Shown here: piece by piece, positions 46,401-60,500 of the stretch
Layout: every line of letters begins with the position of its first letter
Numbering within the stretch: the first letter of the stretch is position 1
NCBI GenBank assembly: GCA_048013815.1
Contig: CM106585.1
Coordinates: 7,006,001 to 7,070,000 of the forward strand
Direction of reading: 5' to 3'
Origin: Setoptus koraiensis
Taxonomy: Eukaryota; Animalia; Arthropoda
DNA length: 64,000 bases
Program-made: the position numbers and the translations under genes
The notes under the pieces: model-generated
Told to the model about the DNA's origin: nothing
Databases searched by the model: none
The model's input: only the letters and a program-made list of their open reading frames with translations

Positions 46401-46489
46401 GAGTTGCCTGCCGTCGCGGGCCCCAATTGCCTGTGTAAGAGCGATTGTATAAGTGGCAAAAATGGTTTGTTTAACGGGTTAGTTGTCAT
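38372..46489 (-). CDS. Fife: RIM/Piccolo-family active-zone scaffold, most like Fife; 8 coding exons, ~2290 aa (~2230 aa if the in-frame intron is spliced)
   Basis: Exons (GT-AG, phases checked): 46489-45860, 45645-45541, 45378-41300, 41202-41001, 40860-40665, 40256-39003, 38875-38759, 38667-38372. Domain order: Zn finger, PDZ, C2A, C2B. Confidence 0.8.
38759..38875 (-). CDS. Fife: Fife exon 7, C2B first half
   Basis: EYVGEIKLSFIMTKGQLEIDVICARDL; cag acceptor and gtgagt donor. Confidence 0.88.
39003..40256 (-). CDS. Fife: Fife exon 6, Q/N/S-rich linker
   Basis: Inside ORF 38956-40266; phase-1 acceptor tgatag|TA and donor CAAG|gtgcgc. Confidence 0.75.
40665..40860 (-). CDS. Fife: Fife exon 5, end of C2A
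   Basis: cag|VHKMAFEISIWRYED...DWWTLR; donor ATAG|gtagcg. Confidence 0.75.
41001..41202 (-). CDS. Fife: Fife exon 4, C2A middle (alternative acceptor at 41187)
   Basis: FKPCKTQPCQNMEWNETIIFQNFPIDK|gtgagt; not in the ORF track frame. Confidence 0.7.
41300..45378 (-). CDS. Fife: Fife exon 3, polyQ region, PDZ and C2A start
   Basis: RRASAPEGQNIRIVVDD; PDZ RGFGLQVTGG...VAPGGPAD...GDRIIEWDG; GHILIQV...LQIVIMSARG; donor TC|gtaagt. Confidence 0.88.
45541..45645 (-). CDS. Fife: Fife exon 2, end of Zn finger
   Basis: cag|HWICSFCRRR...RRM|gtgagt. Confidence 0.82.
45661..45725. repeat. 21-bp tandem repeat in Fife intron 1
   Basis: TATTTCGGGACATTTCGGGCG x~3. Confidence 0.8.
45860..46489 (-). CDS. Fife: Fife exon 1, Rab-binding-type Zn finger
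   Basis: CRICRK....KCHICSNCQQFVCEDCS; donor CAG|gtaatt. Confidence 0.82.
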
Positions 46490-49400
46490 GAATAGTTAGT
46501 TGTGGTCTTGGCAATTATGCTTGAGTTGATCACACAAAATTCAATATCACAACATTGTCGAGATGAGTGACTGGGTTTTGGCGCTTTTTTGGGCTGCTGC
46601 TCGATCTTATTCGGCACTTAGTCGGCACTAAGAACGCGCCCTTACGAACGCGTCGGTATGAATGGGCCGCTGTGAATGGGCCGCTGTGAATGGATTGCTA
46701 TGAAATGAATGGGCATGAAATGAAAAGAAATGGCACACTGTCGACTGCACTAATCGAGCCTGAATGAAGCACTGAAATCATTGCCAGATTACACGGGCAT
46801 CTAGTGATCGAGAGAAGGGTTCGACTCGAGCCAGTGGGGCAGCCAAGCGACTGGGCGCAAGCGTCGGCGAGCATCCTGTTTTTGTTGCTGGCCCACACTG
46901 GCCCACTGAATGGGGGGCGGGGGGACAGGGAGGGCGAGGGAGTTAGAGAGGAGATTGAGAGGCCCATTTATTTTGCAGCATATGGTGGTTATTTATTTGT
47001 TTGATTGCAAGCCATTGATCCGTGCGCTATGACGCTAATATAATCATGGCGAAAATCGGCGGCAACACGATAAACTAGTAGTATCATACGTTCAACAATC
47101 ATCGCTTGAGCTGACGTTAGTAGCTGGCTGATCGAGTAGCGGCACAACGGAACAGGAGCTTGGCAGACTTTGTCGGCTTCGGTTCGGGCAGGGGTTCCAG
47201 GTTGCGCCTGGCAGCTTCGAGCTTGCCAGTTGCGTTGGTGGTTGTTTTTTGGGGTCGCTGTCAAGGTGAATTTGGACAACATTTCCGTGACAAAGGGTGA
47301 GCTGAGCCGGTTGCCATTTGTTAATCAACGTGCACACATTTGTCCACGGGAGGGCGCCCCGGGTGCCGAGTGTTGCGGGCCACATACCATTTATATTTTC
47401 TCATATATCTAGCCAGACTCACTGACAACAACTGCTCAGTGTCGCTATATGCGCATATAGCGACACAACAATTGATTTAGTGCACGCTTGATGTTATTGA
47501 TGGGGCCCCACATCACCAGCCAGCCGCCAGGTGATGTGACCGCCAGGTGGAGCGGCCATTAGGTGCAGTATGTAGTGGCGCGCCACTTGAAACAGTTGAA
47601 GTTGTGAGTATTTGCCATTTTTGGTGCTCTCAGCTTGAATATCCGCAGCTCTGGCTGTGCCGTAGCGAGGCCCGACAGTCGCCAGCTGACCACTGAGCTG
47701 CTCAGTCTGAGCAGTGGCCACCGACCACTTGGCCCCATCAGGCCAAGCCAGCCAAGTGGACAGTCGTTACAGTGGATACAGTATCATCACACTGTTGACC
47801 ACTGTTATTATTGGCCACCTTCATATTACGTAATACAGCTACTAATATGACTGGTGCGGTGGCCAGGTAACGGCGGGCAGGCGTATCACAACGAAATCGG
47901 CTACCACTCGTCAACAACGTGCCCGGCTGCGAGAACATTGCGAGAAGCCCCACGCCGAACGTTTCCCATGAATATGCATCGTTGGACGCATCCGCTTTTT
48001 TGCGTGCTCTTGTGTGCTGCGCTCGTGCCTCGTCTGGGGCCCCATTTTCCGATAGCCGGCTGGCCATCTCTGGCTCGGACTGAGCCGGCTACTCGCCGGT
48101 CGTGGCTCGCAGTTGCAACTGGCCGCTCGCGAGCCCTCAGCTCGCAGCTCGACGGGCACGGCTCGCGGCTGACAGCTCGTGGCTTCGAATGAATTCCAAT
48201 AGCCAATAACCGTGTTCACCTGTGTGTGCGTGTGTGTGTGTGTCTCTATTTGCTGTCCATATTGGCAAACACGACGGCAGCACTCAGCTCAATTTTCGAG
48301 CGAATTCACGGCAACATATTGCACACATTGCGTAACATTACCGCCGTTGCCAGTGTGCCAATATTCCAATATTAGGCACCATATATTGGCAACAGTGGCC
48401 AGTCGCGATTCGCGAATGAACGCTAGCTGCAACTGTAGCAACGGTAGTAACAAGCGGATATTTGTGCCGCACAACAGATAGGGAGCCTCATTTGGACGGT
48501 AGGCATGGCAGGCCAATATTAACATACGACATGCCAGCCGTTTACCTGAGTTTACCTGCGCCGCCTGTCAGTTGTGACAGGCGGCCACACTTGTGCAGAC
48601 ATTCATCATAACATAAGGTTTGGCGCAACTTTTGCAAGGGCGCCTAGTTGCATCATCGTCGCGCCCCTGTCGGACAGATGGGTCAGTGGCGCTGTGACGT
48701 TGTGTTAGTCGGTATCAGATGGTTACACTCACCGTCAATTGGCGCTGGACATAATATTCTAATTAGTGGCCTAATTAAAACTACTACTGCCCCCACTAAT
48801 ATCTGCGTCATGGGCAGCAGCAAATCACGAGTGACGCCAGCTTGGTCATTGTCCATCGCATGCATGGCTGGCCCCAATGACGCCACCTATGTCGAAATGA
48901 CGCGCCCGGTTTGGCGCCGGTCAACGGCATTTCGACATAGGCCGTCCAAATATATTATGCGCATTATCATTTGCAACATGTATAATATCAACGAACGACT
49001 GGTCGCCAGCTATTTCTGGTCCACCATCACCGGTCAAGCACACTATTCACCCGTGAATAGTTTTCGCCAGGCCCGCTTCCAGTTCGCTGTCCGGCTTGTT
49101 TATAACGGGACACTGTTGCCAAGATGGGCCCCCCCAAACTTCGCCACGTTCGCCACATAGATGGCGTGTGAGCGGCCCAAAAAACGGCGCCCCATGCCCA
49201 TCTGACGTGAGAGTGAATGTTGCACCTAGACGAGCGATTGTCTAAAAATATATTTCCAATTAACATTGCGATTGCGTCACAACACAGTGACAACAGTGGA
49301 TAGTGGTTAGTGTGTTCATTGTAACTCGGTGGCATAGTCACGACAAAATTAGCACGAATAAATCAAAATCCGCACTAATGCTCGCACTAGTTAGTTTGCG

Positions 49401-51858
49401 TACTTTTCGTTTGTTTACCACGCTTTGCTGCACCAAATTATCGGTGCACCAGCCAAAGGACGAGCGAAATTGGGTGCTTTCGTCGGAGCTGACTTTAAAC
49501 CGATAATCGGGCACCGACATGGCCGGCGGCCACGGCCACGGCGCCGGCCAATTGCGCCGTATTTGCTGCCGGTGGCGTTGCGCTCGCGCCCCAACTTTCT
49601 GGGCTAATGAGGCCCGGTGCGGCAGTGCGCAATATTAAACAATATAATATAATTGACAGCAATGTCACCCTGGACGGTCGCAACGGTGAACTGTCGCTCT
49701 GACGGGCGACCTTGCAACCGTCGACAAGCGGACCGGACTAGATTGGGGGCCAGCAACAGCGCTCATTTGTAGCAACAACAACAATAATAATCTAGTGCGG
49801 TCTTATAAGTTGCGACATTTGCAAACATTGGGCCACAGATAAATATTATTCGCGATTTGCGATTCGCGAACGATGTTGTGTTCGCATTTGAATAAAGTGA
49901 ACAATGCCCAATTTCACTGTCTTGGCACTTTGCACTGTTCGATTGGGCTGTGTGTCGGTTATATCATTGTTGTTGTGGCAAGTGGCAAGTGAGAATTGCG
50001 CAATGGGGCGCCAACAAATCGACAAATCGCAACTGTCAAGCCGCCGTCGGACAATCATGATGGATGGCTGTTGTTGGCGCTGTGGTTGTCGCCAGATGCG
50101 ATGCTAGCCACACAAATTGTATGATACAACGGGCCGTTGTATCCGCCATACAATTCGTATTGAATAATTACTCAATCTGAGTCTGCCTATCAACTCAAGC
50201 GGCTCACATAGGGGGCCCCGTGGCCTATGTGAGCGGCCGTCGTCTATCGACTCGATGGCAGCGAGCCGCGGGGCCGTATCACGGCCGACTTGTACTCGCC
50301 AGCCGACGAAGCCGGCTCATGAAGCCGGCGAGTGAGCCCGGCGTGTAATGTGCGTAATTTGAACAAAGTTTGCTCAAGTGGGGCCGCTGTCGAAACAAAT
50401 TGTAACAATTGTTATGTAACAAATGCCATTGCAAATGCGATTTTTTGCCTTCTGGCCTCACCGCATCCGCACAACTGTCTGCGCAAACTGGCTTAGCTGG
50501 CGAGCTTAATGACGTCGCGCGCTCGTCATTGATTAACTATCGCCGATGAGAGCCGATAGCTGAGCGAAAACCGTACCAAAAGCAAACTGTGCGCGGGCGC
50601 CCGATCAATTGGGCCCAATTCATTGGGCACCCAAAGCGACTCGAAAGGCTGCTTCTTGTGGGCACTTATTTATTTATTAGATCACTAATATTACATTAGC
50701 CTCGCTCGCTCGCTCTCTCTCTCGCCAGCAACAATATTACATATGTATGCGTTGGGGACACACGCAGCAGTAGCAACAAAAGGGGGCGAGCCTGATTGCA
50801 GCGAAACGACATTGCAGCCAGCAACCATTTGAATAACAACCATCCAAACAGCGCCGGCACGGGCCCCACTGACGGCAATAGTAACGAATTTGCATATGAG
50901 ACTATTACTATGCAAATTGGCGGGCCAAGTTGGCCCCCGTCGGCCCCATTGGGCCGGTCGGCGGGCACAGTGGGCGAATGGCGAGTGGCGAATTGGCCAA
51001 TTTAAAGTCTGCCATCGCCAATGGCGCAGCCATCGCCCTTCGCCCGCACAAACGCCCCCCGAACGGTGCCCGTTTTGCCCGGTCGGCGGCCCCAGTGACG
51101 GACCCGTGAGCGACAAGAGTTTATTATTTATCATCGCAACGGTTTATCATCGCCCCTCACTCGAATGATTCAAGTTGAATATTCACCTAGTGAATATTCA
51201 CTTGTCTTGCCGGCGATGCTCGAGAGGCGCGCCGCCGACGAGCCCGGTGTCGCCACTCTCGCCGGCTGCCGGTTGCGGCCGGCGATAAATAAAACTGGCG
51301 CTGCCAGCGGCCCACCAAATGGCTCGTTGGCAGCACCTCAACACGTAAAAAGATTAGCTTGCCGGGCGCGAGGCGTTCGGGCGTGCTGGCCCGGCGACAC
51401 TTGCACGTTCTGGCGCGCGCCGATCGCACGACTAGAGTCGCATCAGAGAATCGCACGAGAAAAATCGCACGAGAAAATCGCACGAGAATCGCCGCACGAG
51501 CAACTCGAAAGAACAATTGGCAAAAGCACCTGCCAAATTGTTGTTTTGGTGGCCCGCCATTGAGACATCTCATAAAAATGCAAATTATAAGCGCAACTGG
51601 CAACACAATGACAACGACAACTGCACAAACAGAAACAATGGCCGCCCACGCACCTCCGACGCTGATATTCAAATTAGAGACACAAGCACCGTTATACTCA
51701 GTGTATCCATCCTACGTGCGGATATCCACTGCTGCGGCTAGACCAAATAGCCAAATGGCCTGCCGTTGACCGTCGGTGACTCGTCGCAATTCGAGCGATG
51801 AAATCACTCAAGAAACGCGTCGACGCTTGATGCGACCACCTCACATACCACGGATATG

Positions 51859-51920
51859 ATATCACTGATACAATATCACTGATACAATATCACTGATACA
51901 ATATCACTGATATAATATCA
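51859..51920. repeat. 14-bp tandem repeat x4
   Basis: ATATCACTGATACA at 51859, 51873, 51887 and 51901. Confidence 0.9.
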
Positions 51921-54900
51921 GGTAACTTTCTGGATTGATATGCTCGTTCGAGCTTGATTGAGCTCGAAAACTGGCGACCAACTCGCGCAAGGTCAGTCAT
52001 AGGCGAAAGATTATTGGAGCAACAAGAGTAATTATTATAAATCACTGTGTCGTGCTGCGTGGCGCCAACCAAACAAACTGCAATTGGATGCAAGAAATGC
52101 AAATGTGCCCCATCAACAGGAAGAGCCCCGGTTAGCGTGCCGGCTGTGTGGCCCTCGGTGAGATTGGTCGTTGGCGGATATCGAGCGTAGAGGAAATCAT
52201 TGGGAGCTTGCGCAAAAATTCAACGATTGCCGCCGGTGAGCTGGCCATCAATACTCATCTTAGTTAATGAATTCTTACATTCTTAGTGATCAGTTGACTG
52301 CCCACAGTGCAGCTCGACAACAATTATATACGGATACCTGGCTGACTATATAACTTTATTCCAAGACACCAACTTGTGCGTCATTCGCGACAAGGCTGGA
52401 GGGGGCCAAAAGCCATTCGATTGGCATGGCGACACGAGAATCTATCAATATTATTAGTGCTGTTATCTTGAACCGACACTCGCGTTGATATATATATATA
52501 TACTCACAGTCTATACCAACGGTATATAGCAACGATAAGCAGCATGCTTATAAATAATTTAATAATTAATTATCCGTCTAACTAGACACGCTTACATAGA
52601 CATTCGGTGATGTCATCATTTACTGTTACGGTTTGATCGATCAACCAATTCATAGATGATCTGGCGTGTCGCAAGCACGATCTGAAGAGAACAAAACAGC
52701 TATCCGTTCGTAAAAAGACCATCAGTTCAATGCGGTTCTGTCGCAAAACTTTTGTGAGCGGCCATTCGGATGATTGCGCCTCGTTGTGAACGGACACAGC
52801 CGGCATTTAAATCAACAACGAGGCCGCATCAACTAACATATCTGTTTATCCGCAACATTTTCGTGTGATGCAAATTGTGTTAACGTGTCCCACTCGATGT
52901 ACCTGAAATGGTCAGCCCAATCGCAACTGGACAAAACCGGCTCGATTCGCTGACAGCTGATTTGTCAGCTAATGTGACACTGAATATATCCAGCGAATCG
53001 TGCAGCGAATTTATAGGACTGTGATCCATCTAACTGGTTCAGTCGTACACAATTGGCTGCGGCTAGAATACAATACGCAATGCGCTGTTTTCAATCGGAT
53101 TGAGACGCCACTCCGATCCGATTGATGATGCACACAGGCCGGTCAGCAGCGGATAATTCATGCGACAAAGAGTAATCTGGGCCCCAATTGAATGGAATTA
53201 AACAACTGACGCTCATTAAAACTTGTCTCCAATGCATGTGCTGTCAGCCCCATCGTATGAGCTGCATAACGAATGCTAAACTGAATCAAATCGGATTCAG
53301 TATTTGCACAGCTCTGTCCAGTATTTACAGGCTCTATCCCCATTGAATAGAGCCATTGTTTTGCTGCTATGTTACCTGGTCGATGAAACCTGGTTGCCCA
53401 TTGGCTAAGAATACCCCAGAACCCTGTTTAACAGTTAAACTCCAACTTGTTCTTGCTCGTCTTGTTTGGCCGGCATTCTTTACGACCAACCATTGCACCT
53501 ACATTAGAGTGCAACGACACGGACCCCTTTCCGATGACTGGCTAATTAGCTCGCGATGCGATTGCATTGTGTCGCGTATCAAGGGATACCTGGGTTGATA
53601 TCACGATTGCCCTGTGCCCACTGTGAGCGAGAGGGCAATCGTGGATGGCTTACGGCTTGCGCAGGCCAAGCGGCGTGACGGCGACGGGTCCCGCGGGACT
53701 GATGCCCTTGTTGGCGGGACTGTTGCCCTTGTTGGCGGCACTCGTCTCAAAAATACGAGTGCCACCAAACATACCAATACCATTATTCGACTGGCTCTTG
53801 TCGCTCTTTGTCACCTGTCACCTTCTGTTTGTACCGACAAGATGACCATCTGACCAACCCGATCAGTGATCGGGCCCCGTTGAGGCACCACGTTGGGGCG
53901 TGGACACGCCGACGAGACCAGCGATAGCACGACCACGCCTGGCCGACATAGACCGGCCAATTATAGCGCCTCGGCAGCTATAATTGGGCATCAGCTGGGC
54001 CCTCAGCATCTGTGGGCCGCAGCTCTACGTGGGGCCTTGTCGCTTGTCAGCAATAGGGGGCGCGTGCGGCACCTATCAACTCGATATTATGGAGCCATGC
54101 TTAACTAAGCATTAACTATTGAACTGTCGCCCGTGGTGGCCGGCGGACAATCGGGCACGCGCCTGGGTTGTGGGTGGCTCGCGGAAAGGGGCCCGTCCGC
54201 TATTCGCCGGCGCCCGCAGTTGCCGATATCTGGGCAATTTCGACTTGGAATTGGGCAACAATTGTGATATCTTTATATTTCCGTTTGCCTCTCATAGGAT
54301 TCGTAATCTGCCAAGTGTCTGTTGTGACGGCTACAGTGTCGTTTGCAGCGACAGCCAAATATCAACATGCGCTATTTGATATTTAGCGATGCCAATCATG
54401 ATGCGCAATGTTGAATGGAGTCAAGTTTAAAATGTCGATTATGTCATGTTTGTGTCACAGATCGCGTGCCGATCGATATGCCGACACGTGATTGGTGTAA
54501 TTAATGGCGAATAATTATTCAATTACACCAACTAGAATCAGAGCCCGCTGGCAAACGCGTAGTTGAGCGTAGGTGTGGGCAAAAATTGTTGCAAACAAGG
54601 CAAGAATAGCTGTAATTTCTCATTAAGCAATACCGATGTAATTTATTGGAGCTCGTTGCGCAATGGTCACTGGTCGCGTTGGCTAGCTAGCTGTCTGGCC
54701 AGCTCGTGTTGTTAATTGGGCGCTCGGCCGCTGCTTAGTGGTAGCAGTATAATAATGACAGGTTGCCGTTACACTAACTCGCTGTCTGGCTCGTGTCATG
54801 TCCCACTGACCGGTTCACCTGGCCGCGCAGCCGGCCGACCATTTAGTAACTTGATACTGGCAGGCACGAAATTTGATATCGAGAGCGTCAATGTGCATCG

Positions 54901-57428
54901 AGGCGGCCCCACTGGCCCCATCGGCGCCAACTCCCACGTATGCCTAACAGTATCCCCCCGATAGGGGGCGCAGAGGCCGCAGACTGAGGCCGAGCCTCGA
55001 AAGCAAGCTTGTTGTAGGTGCAATGTTGACGCCTAACAGCGTGTTAGCAACACGAACAAATAATGGCAACCCGCAATTTAAAAAAAAAGTTTTTTTTCCA
55101 GCCAACTGGAGAATCTCCAGGTGAATGATGAGCGCCGACAGTGTTTTTGCGCGAGCCTCTGACTCAGAGAGCTTGTTATGCGTTTTATAACATGCTGACA
55201 GTGGCAGTATAAATTGGCTGCTCAATTACGGCTGAAAACAGACTCGTGCACGGTAATTATTCTCTTGGTATGGCGGCTTCATCGAGCCAGACCGTGCCCG
55301 TGACAGTATAACGGATGGGGCCCGCTTCGTGGGGCCCAACGATGCCCCCGTGAAGCCAAACAAAAGAATGGTGCCCAACTGACAAATGGGCCAACTCTGG
55401 TGATTTTTATCAGAATTGTTGTCTTGTCTCCTCGAAGGGGTGCCATCTGCGGTGCATCTCTCAAACTGCGACTCGCGACACACCAACAGTCGCTCACCTA
55501 TCGCCTCATATAAGCAATGTATGAAAAAATCCCTTCTTCTCGAGCCCAGCCGCGAGATTCGTGTCACTGATTCTCACAAGTTGAGACTCTCAACTTGAGA
55601 GCGAGTCGCACAACTCGCTACCATCATCGAGCCGTCGGCCAGTGGGGCCAGTGAGCAAGTTGGGCCCCACTCCGCAAACTCGGCCCCACCAATCATGAGG
55701 CCCACGATTTCGGCCCGAATTCGGCTGAAAATGGGCCCCTCAAATGGGGCCCCATTTTGGCCCCGCGATCGTTGGACCTTGAGAGTCTCAAGTTAAGAGG
55801 TCCGGCCGTGGCCAGTTGGCCCGATAGTTATGCCGTGTTTTGTATTATGCAATATGTAGGTATATATTGTATATTGTGAGTGCCATATAATGCGCGCGTG
55901 TGTGTGTTTGTTTGTATTAACTCGATTAGCGCGGCGTGCAATCATTATATCACTCGCCGGCCAGCTCGGCGAATAGTTTGGTTCGAGTGATATAGTGAAT
56001 AAATTATTTGCATATCCCCCCCTCCCCTCCGCTTTACTATGCGCTGGCGTTGGGCGCCTAGGGTCGCTTGGCAACGGTTGGGGTGCTCGATTTGTGCCAA
56101 CTCGCGCGCTCGCTCTCGGCACAAATCGAGTTTAATCGGCGCCGATCGTCGTCTAGCACAATCAGCTCGCAATTGGCGTTTTGAGCGCCACTAACTTGTG
56201 ACTAACTTGCCAGCCGGCAGCAGCGCCAGCAATTTATGCTTGCGCCAGCCTGACAAAGCCTGGCATAAATTGCTGCTGCTGCTGCTGCCGGCGAGCAATT
56301 GAATAAACAGACACACTAATCAATGAGCCAAAATAAGCCCCAATGAGCATTGATGGCGCCCCACTCCAGATAAGATTGTGCTGCGTGAAATGTGCGCAAA
56401 GGGGGCCCCAACGCGCGACGCCCGCCAGACATAACGGTGATGACCTTGCAATAGATGTATCTTTATCTAAAGCGCAACTTAATGGGCGCCTGGCTGTTGT
56501 TCAAGCAAGCGAGCGAGCGAGCGGGCAAACAAACAAACAAACAAACTAACTAACAAACAAACCAACAGTTATCATGTATGGCACGCTCATCGTTCGCTCG
56601 CTTGCCTGTATTATATGAAAATATAAATAATGATGTTACGTCATTGGCTGTCCGCCTTTCGCTCTGTCGCTGCGCTAATCTGCGATATATTATACCGGAT
56701 ATAAGCAATGTGCAGTTGCCAATATTACGTATTAATCAAAAGATTTTTTCTTTTTTGTGTCACCGCATGCGAGCTGTAGGCTGACAGTTGCGACGACAGT
56801 TGTGTGTTGATGACGCAACTGTATCATTTGCCATACATAAATGTTATGTAATACCATAACACTCCCCTTACCGACCCTTACCCGTCCATTAATTCAGCGG
56901 TGCGCGATGCGAAACAATGTGGCCGACAACAGAATGGGGCCAAGTCGCCAAGAAGAAATCAAGTCAATCCAAACGGACCAAACCGAATGCATGCGTCGAC
57001 ATGTGTCAGACGCACACACAATTTGGCGTGTTAATTTGATGAGCTCGCCAAAATATCTATGTCTATTTATTGGCAAAATATCGTCAATATGGTCGATATT
57101 TTACGAAAATATTCGTAAAATATCGTGCTATTTATGAATGAAGCTCTGAGAGCAATGTGAGCTCACAGATCACAGGTACCGTGTCTGAGATACGGAATAT
57201 CAGCCGCTGATGCAGGCCGGTGTGAGGCACAGTGTGGGCCCAAAGTGAACAGAACGGGCTCAGAACAGAATATTCAGTAGATATCATGCAGATACAAGCG
57301 TTCGCAAATGTTTATCTCGCCGATACAAGCGACCTGTGCACTTTTAACCAGCAAGCATCGGCCCCCGTTTAGAGTGGCTAGTTTAAAGTCTAATCTATCA
57401 GTTAAAGCGGATTACGTGACCGGGGGCC

Positions 57429-57505
57429 CACTCTGGCCTCACTCTGGCCCCACTCTGGCCCCACTCTGGCCCCACTCTGGCCCCACTCTGGCCCCACTCT
57501 GGCCA
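57429..57505. repeat. 11-bp tandem repeat x7
   Basis: CACTCTGGCCC units. Confidence 0.9.
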
Positions 57506-60500
57506 GTAAGCCGGTGGGCCGAGTGGCCAGCCAGAGGAGAGCTTTGAGGAAACTTTTGGACTGTGCCACTTGCCAAGTAAAGACATACATTAGCTCGGAA
57601 CAACATAATCTCTCCCTCTCTCCCTCTCTCTCCCTTTCTCCCTTTCTGCCAGATAGGGCCAGGCACGAGCACCGCGACCATTGACAAGACACTTGACGGA
57701 CAGTTGGGCCGCACATCATCACTGGGCCCCATGCGTGAGGTGCGTGCTGTTCCGTTTCGGCCCATTGCGTCAGACACTGCGCCAAACGCAACATGACAGG
57801 TACAATAATAATGATATTAATTGTGCCCTGGCTCTGGCGCTGTCTCGCCTGTCTTGTGACCTAAATCTCGCTAAATCTCCCGCAAAACGCACTCGCCGGC
57901 CAGAACAACTGACTGGCCAACGTCTGTCAGAATGAGGCTCAATTCTGATTCTCTGGCACATTCTCCATTCGCAACAGCAACAACAACAGCACCGGCAACA
58001 ACAGTAACGCGTGCTGATAATGGCGCTAAGCTCCATCATCACGCTGCCCGTGGTAGTGGCAGCACGTCGGCTCGTCGCGCCTCGGACAGAAGCGCCTCGG
58101 TGTGCACTCAAAACAACACATTTCCACCTGATTAAGGGGTCGCCCGGTGCAAGCCGCTCGCCAGACGTCAGACGGCACGTTGCGTTTTATTTCCGTCAGA
58201 CCGTTGTTGGCACCAACAGTGACCAAGGCACAGTGATGCTCTGTGCACGGGCCCACAATTGCGATGCCACCAACAACTAATTTGAATAAGAATTTGAACG
58301 AATTGCGCCAAACGGTGCTGCGGTTGCCTGTTCGCTGTTGTGACGTGTTGCCATATTGTCCGACAGGGAGCCCCGTTGGCTTTTGACCTCGATGCTGCTG
58401 GCAACGTCAATATCAGTGACACTGAAAACGTGCAACGTGCTTAAACAAACAGGTGAGCTGACTTTGTGCATTTGTTGGCCGGCCTGGCCATTAAATTGGC
58501 CGCTGCTGTCACTTGCTGTCACCGGACCGCGGCACAACAGAATCGCCGCCCGGCCAGTGGTCAGCAAATGGGGCCCCGGCCCCGACAGTGCTTGTGCAGT
58601 GAAAGTGCTGACAAGACGGACACGGACACACGATATTTGAGTTTCTATTGAACCCAGTGGAACGGGCCCCAATTATGAGTTCATATGAAAATATAATAAT
58701 GAAATTTGCGTTTGCTTGCTCGCTCGCTTGTTGGCCGTCATGTATTTGCTTTGTCGAAATTGTCAAAGTTTTGCAGCCATGCATATAGTAGCAGGCTGCA
58801 GTTGTAAACCAGCGACCAGCAGCATGATATGATGTGCAAACGGGCCCCTTTATTATCATTATTTAACGTGCGCCTCGTTCTACCCGGGTCCGAACCGGTG
58901 CCCGCTTGGCCCTCTAGCCGCTAGAGTCATACGCTAGAGTCTAGCGTATGATTCAGCTTTCCGAAGCTTTCAACGGGATATTATGTTGTGCCGGATATTC
59001 CCGCCCAAGAGAGAGAGAGAGAGAGAGATACTTATCATAATTGATTGATTATCCCTGCTACAACTGCAACCTTTACATAAGTTGTTGCAGCGGCAGCAGC
59101 ATCGCTATTAATGAAAGCATTAAGTAATGAGCAGAGCGGCGCCATCAAGTGCATTGTAAGTGCATCGAAAACGACGCCTGGCCAGTTTTGCAACCAGCAG
59201 CCAGATCATTAGAGTGGGGGCGCCGCTGAGAAAGACTGATAAACACACCGAGATAAATAAAAAAATGATCGATTGGTGTCGCTTGTTAGTGTGACACTAT
59301 CGTGATCGTGATACTGTCGACTTGGCCCCGTTGAGGCCCCTGGGCTACTACTCAACTACTCTAATTTAGCCTGTTTTGCGTGCTATGTGTGTGGTGCCAA
59401 ATTGTGTTTGCATTTTTATCCTGCCTCAAAAATCAATGCCAGTTTGCATCAAAACGCCGCTAGGTGAGCCGTTTGATTGTCCCTCTTGCCAATCGCAATC
59501 CGTCCGAGCTGTAAAATCTGCCAGCCACTGCAAACGCCAAATAGATTTCCGAAGCCAGCCTAGCTGTGAAAGGAACTGTGCAGACTATCCATTGGAGAGG
59601 ATTACCTAATGATCGGCGATGCAACGCGACGAGCATGACATTTTTCTTCGCGGACACTTTCTCACTATTCACTATCAATCACTCGGCATTTAAATGGCAT
59701 AGAAATAATCAACGCCGATATAATATCCATCCGAAACATTAGTGGGCTCGACGCTTCCTCCAGCAAGTTGCCGGAACGAAGCCGAGTTGAGAATTTTATG
59801 ATTCATTAGCGCAAATTTATCCGATCCGAGCCTGAATGGGCTGACATGGACGATAAAGGCCAGGCCGGCCGGCCTTTATTTTTGGGCCGACAGCAACCCA
59901 GTGGGTTTATTATTTATTTTTTGCGCCGAGGGCCTCAAGCGTCTAGCGTCAAGAGGCTCGACCGAGTTCAAACCGAATTTGGTCATTTTTTTTGTGTGTG
60001 CGAAATAGTCAAGATTGAACTCAATTGCGCAATTGTCAGCCGAGGGGGCCCATTGAGAGAGAAATTCTCAACCAAGAGACCGCCGCATAGATAAAGAGTG
60101 GTCTCATTTGCATTGGCGACTTTTTATCTCGGCAGCATCTTGTTTTCGGGCGACCTTGGTGACTTTTTCGAGATAACTCACGAAAGATAACTCATTCTTG
60201 GCATATTTCATTGGCCACATCTGTCTCTGTCCCCCCCCCCGTTAGACTGTGCACGGTGGCACTTTTCAATTTACTTTCACTTCTTTTGCCTTCACTCTCA
60301 CTCTCACTGTCGCTATCCGCTGCCACTGGCTGCAAATAAAAATATCACTAGTGTCAGCTTATCTGAGGCACCTAATGCAACAACTTTATGTAATAACATC
60401 ATCTCTTTGTGCGGCCCGGAATAAATATGGCGCCAAGTGCAACTATTTTTAACTATATGACTTTTATCTCTGGCGATGCCGAAATTGCCACTAGAAATAG

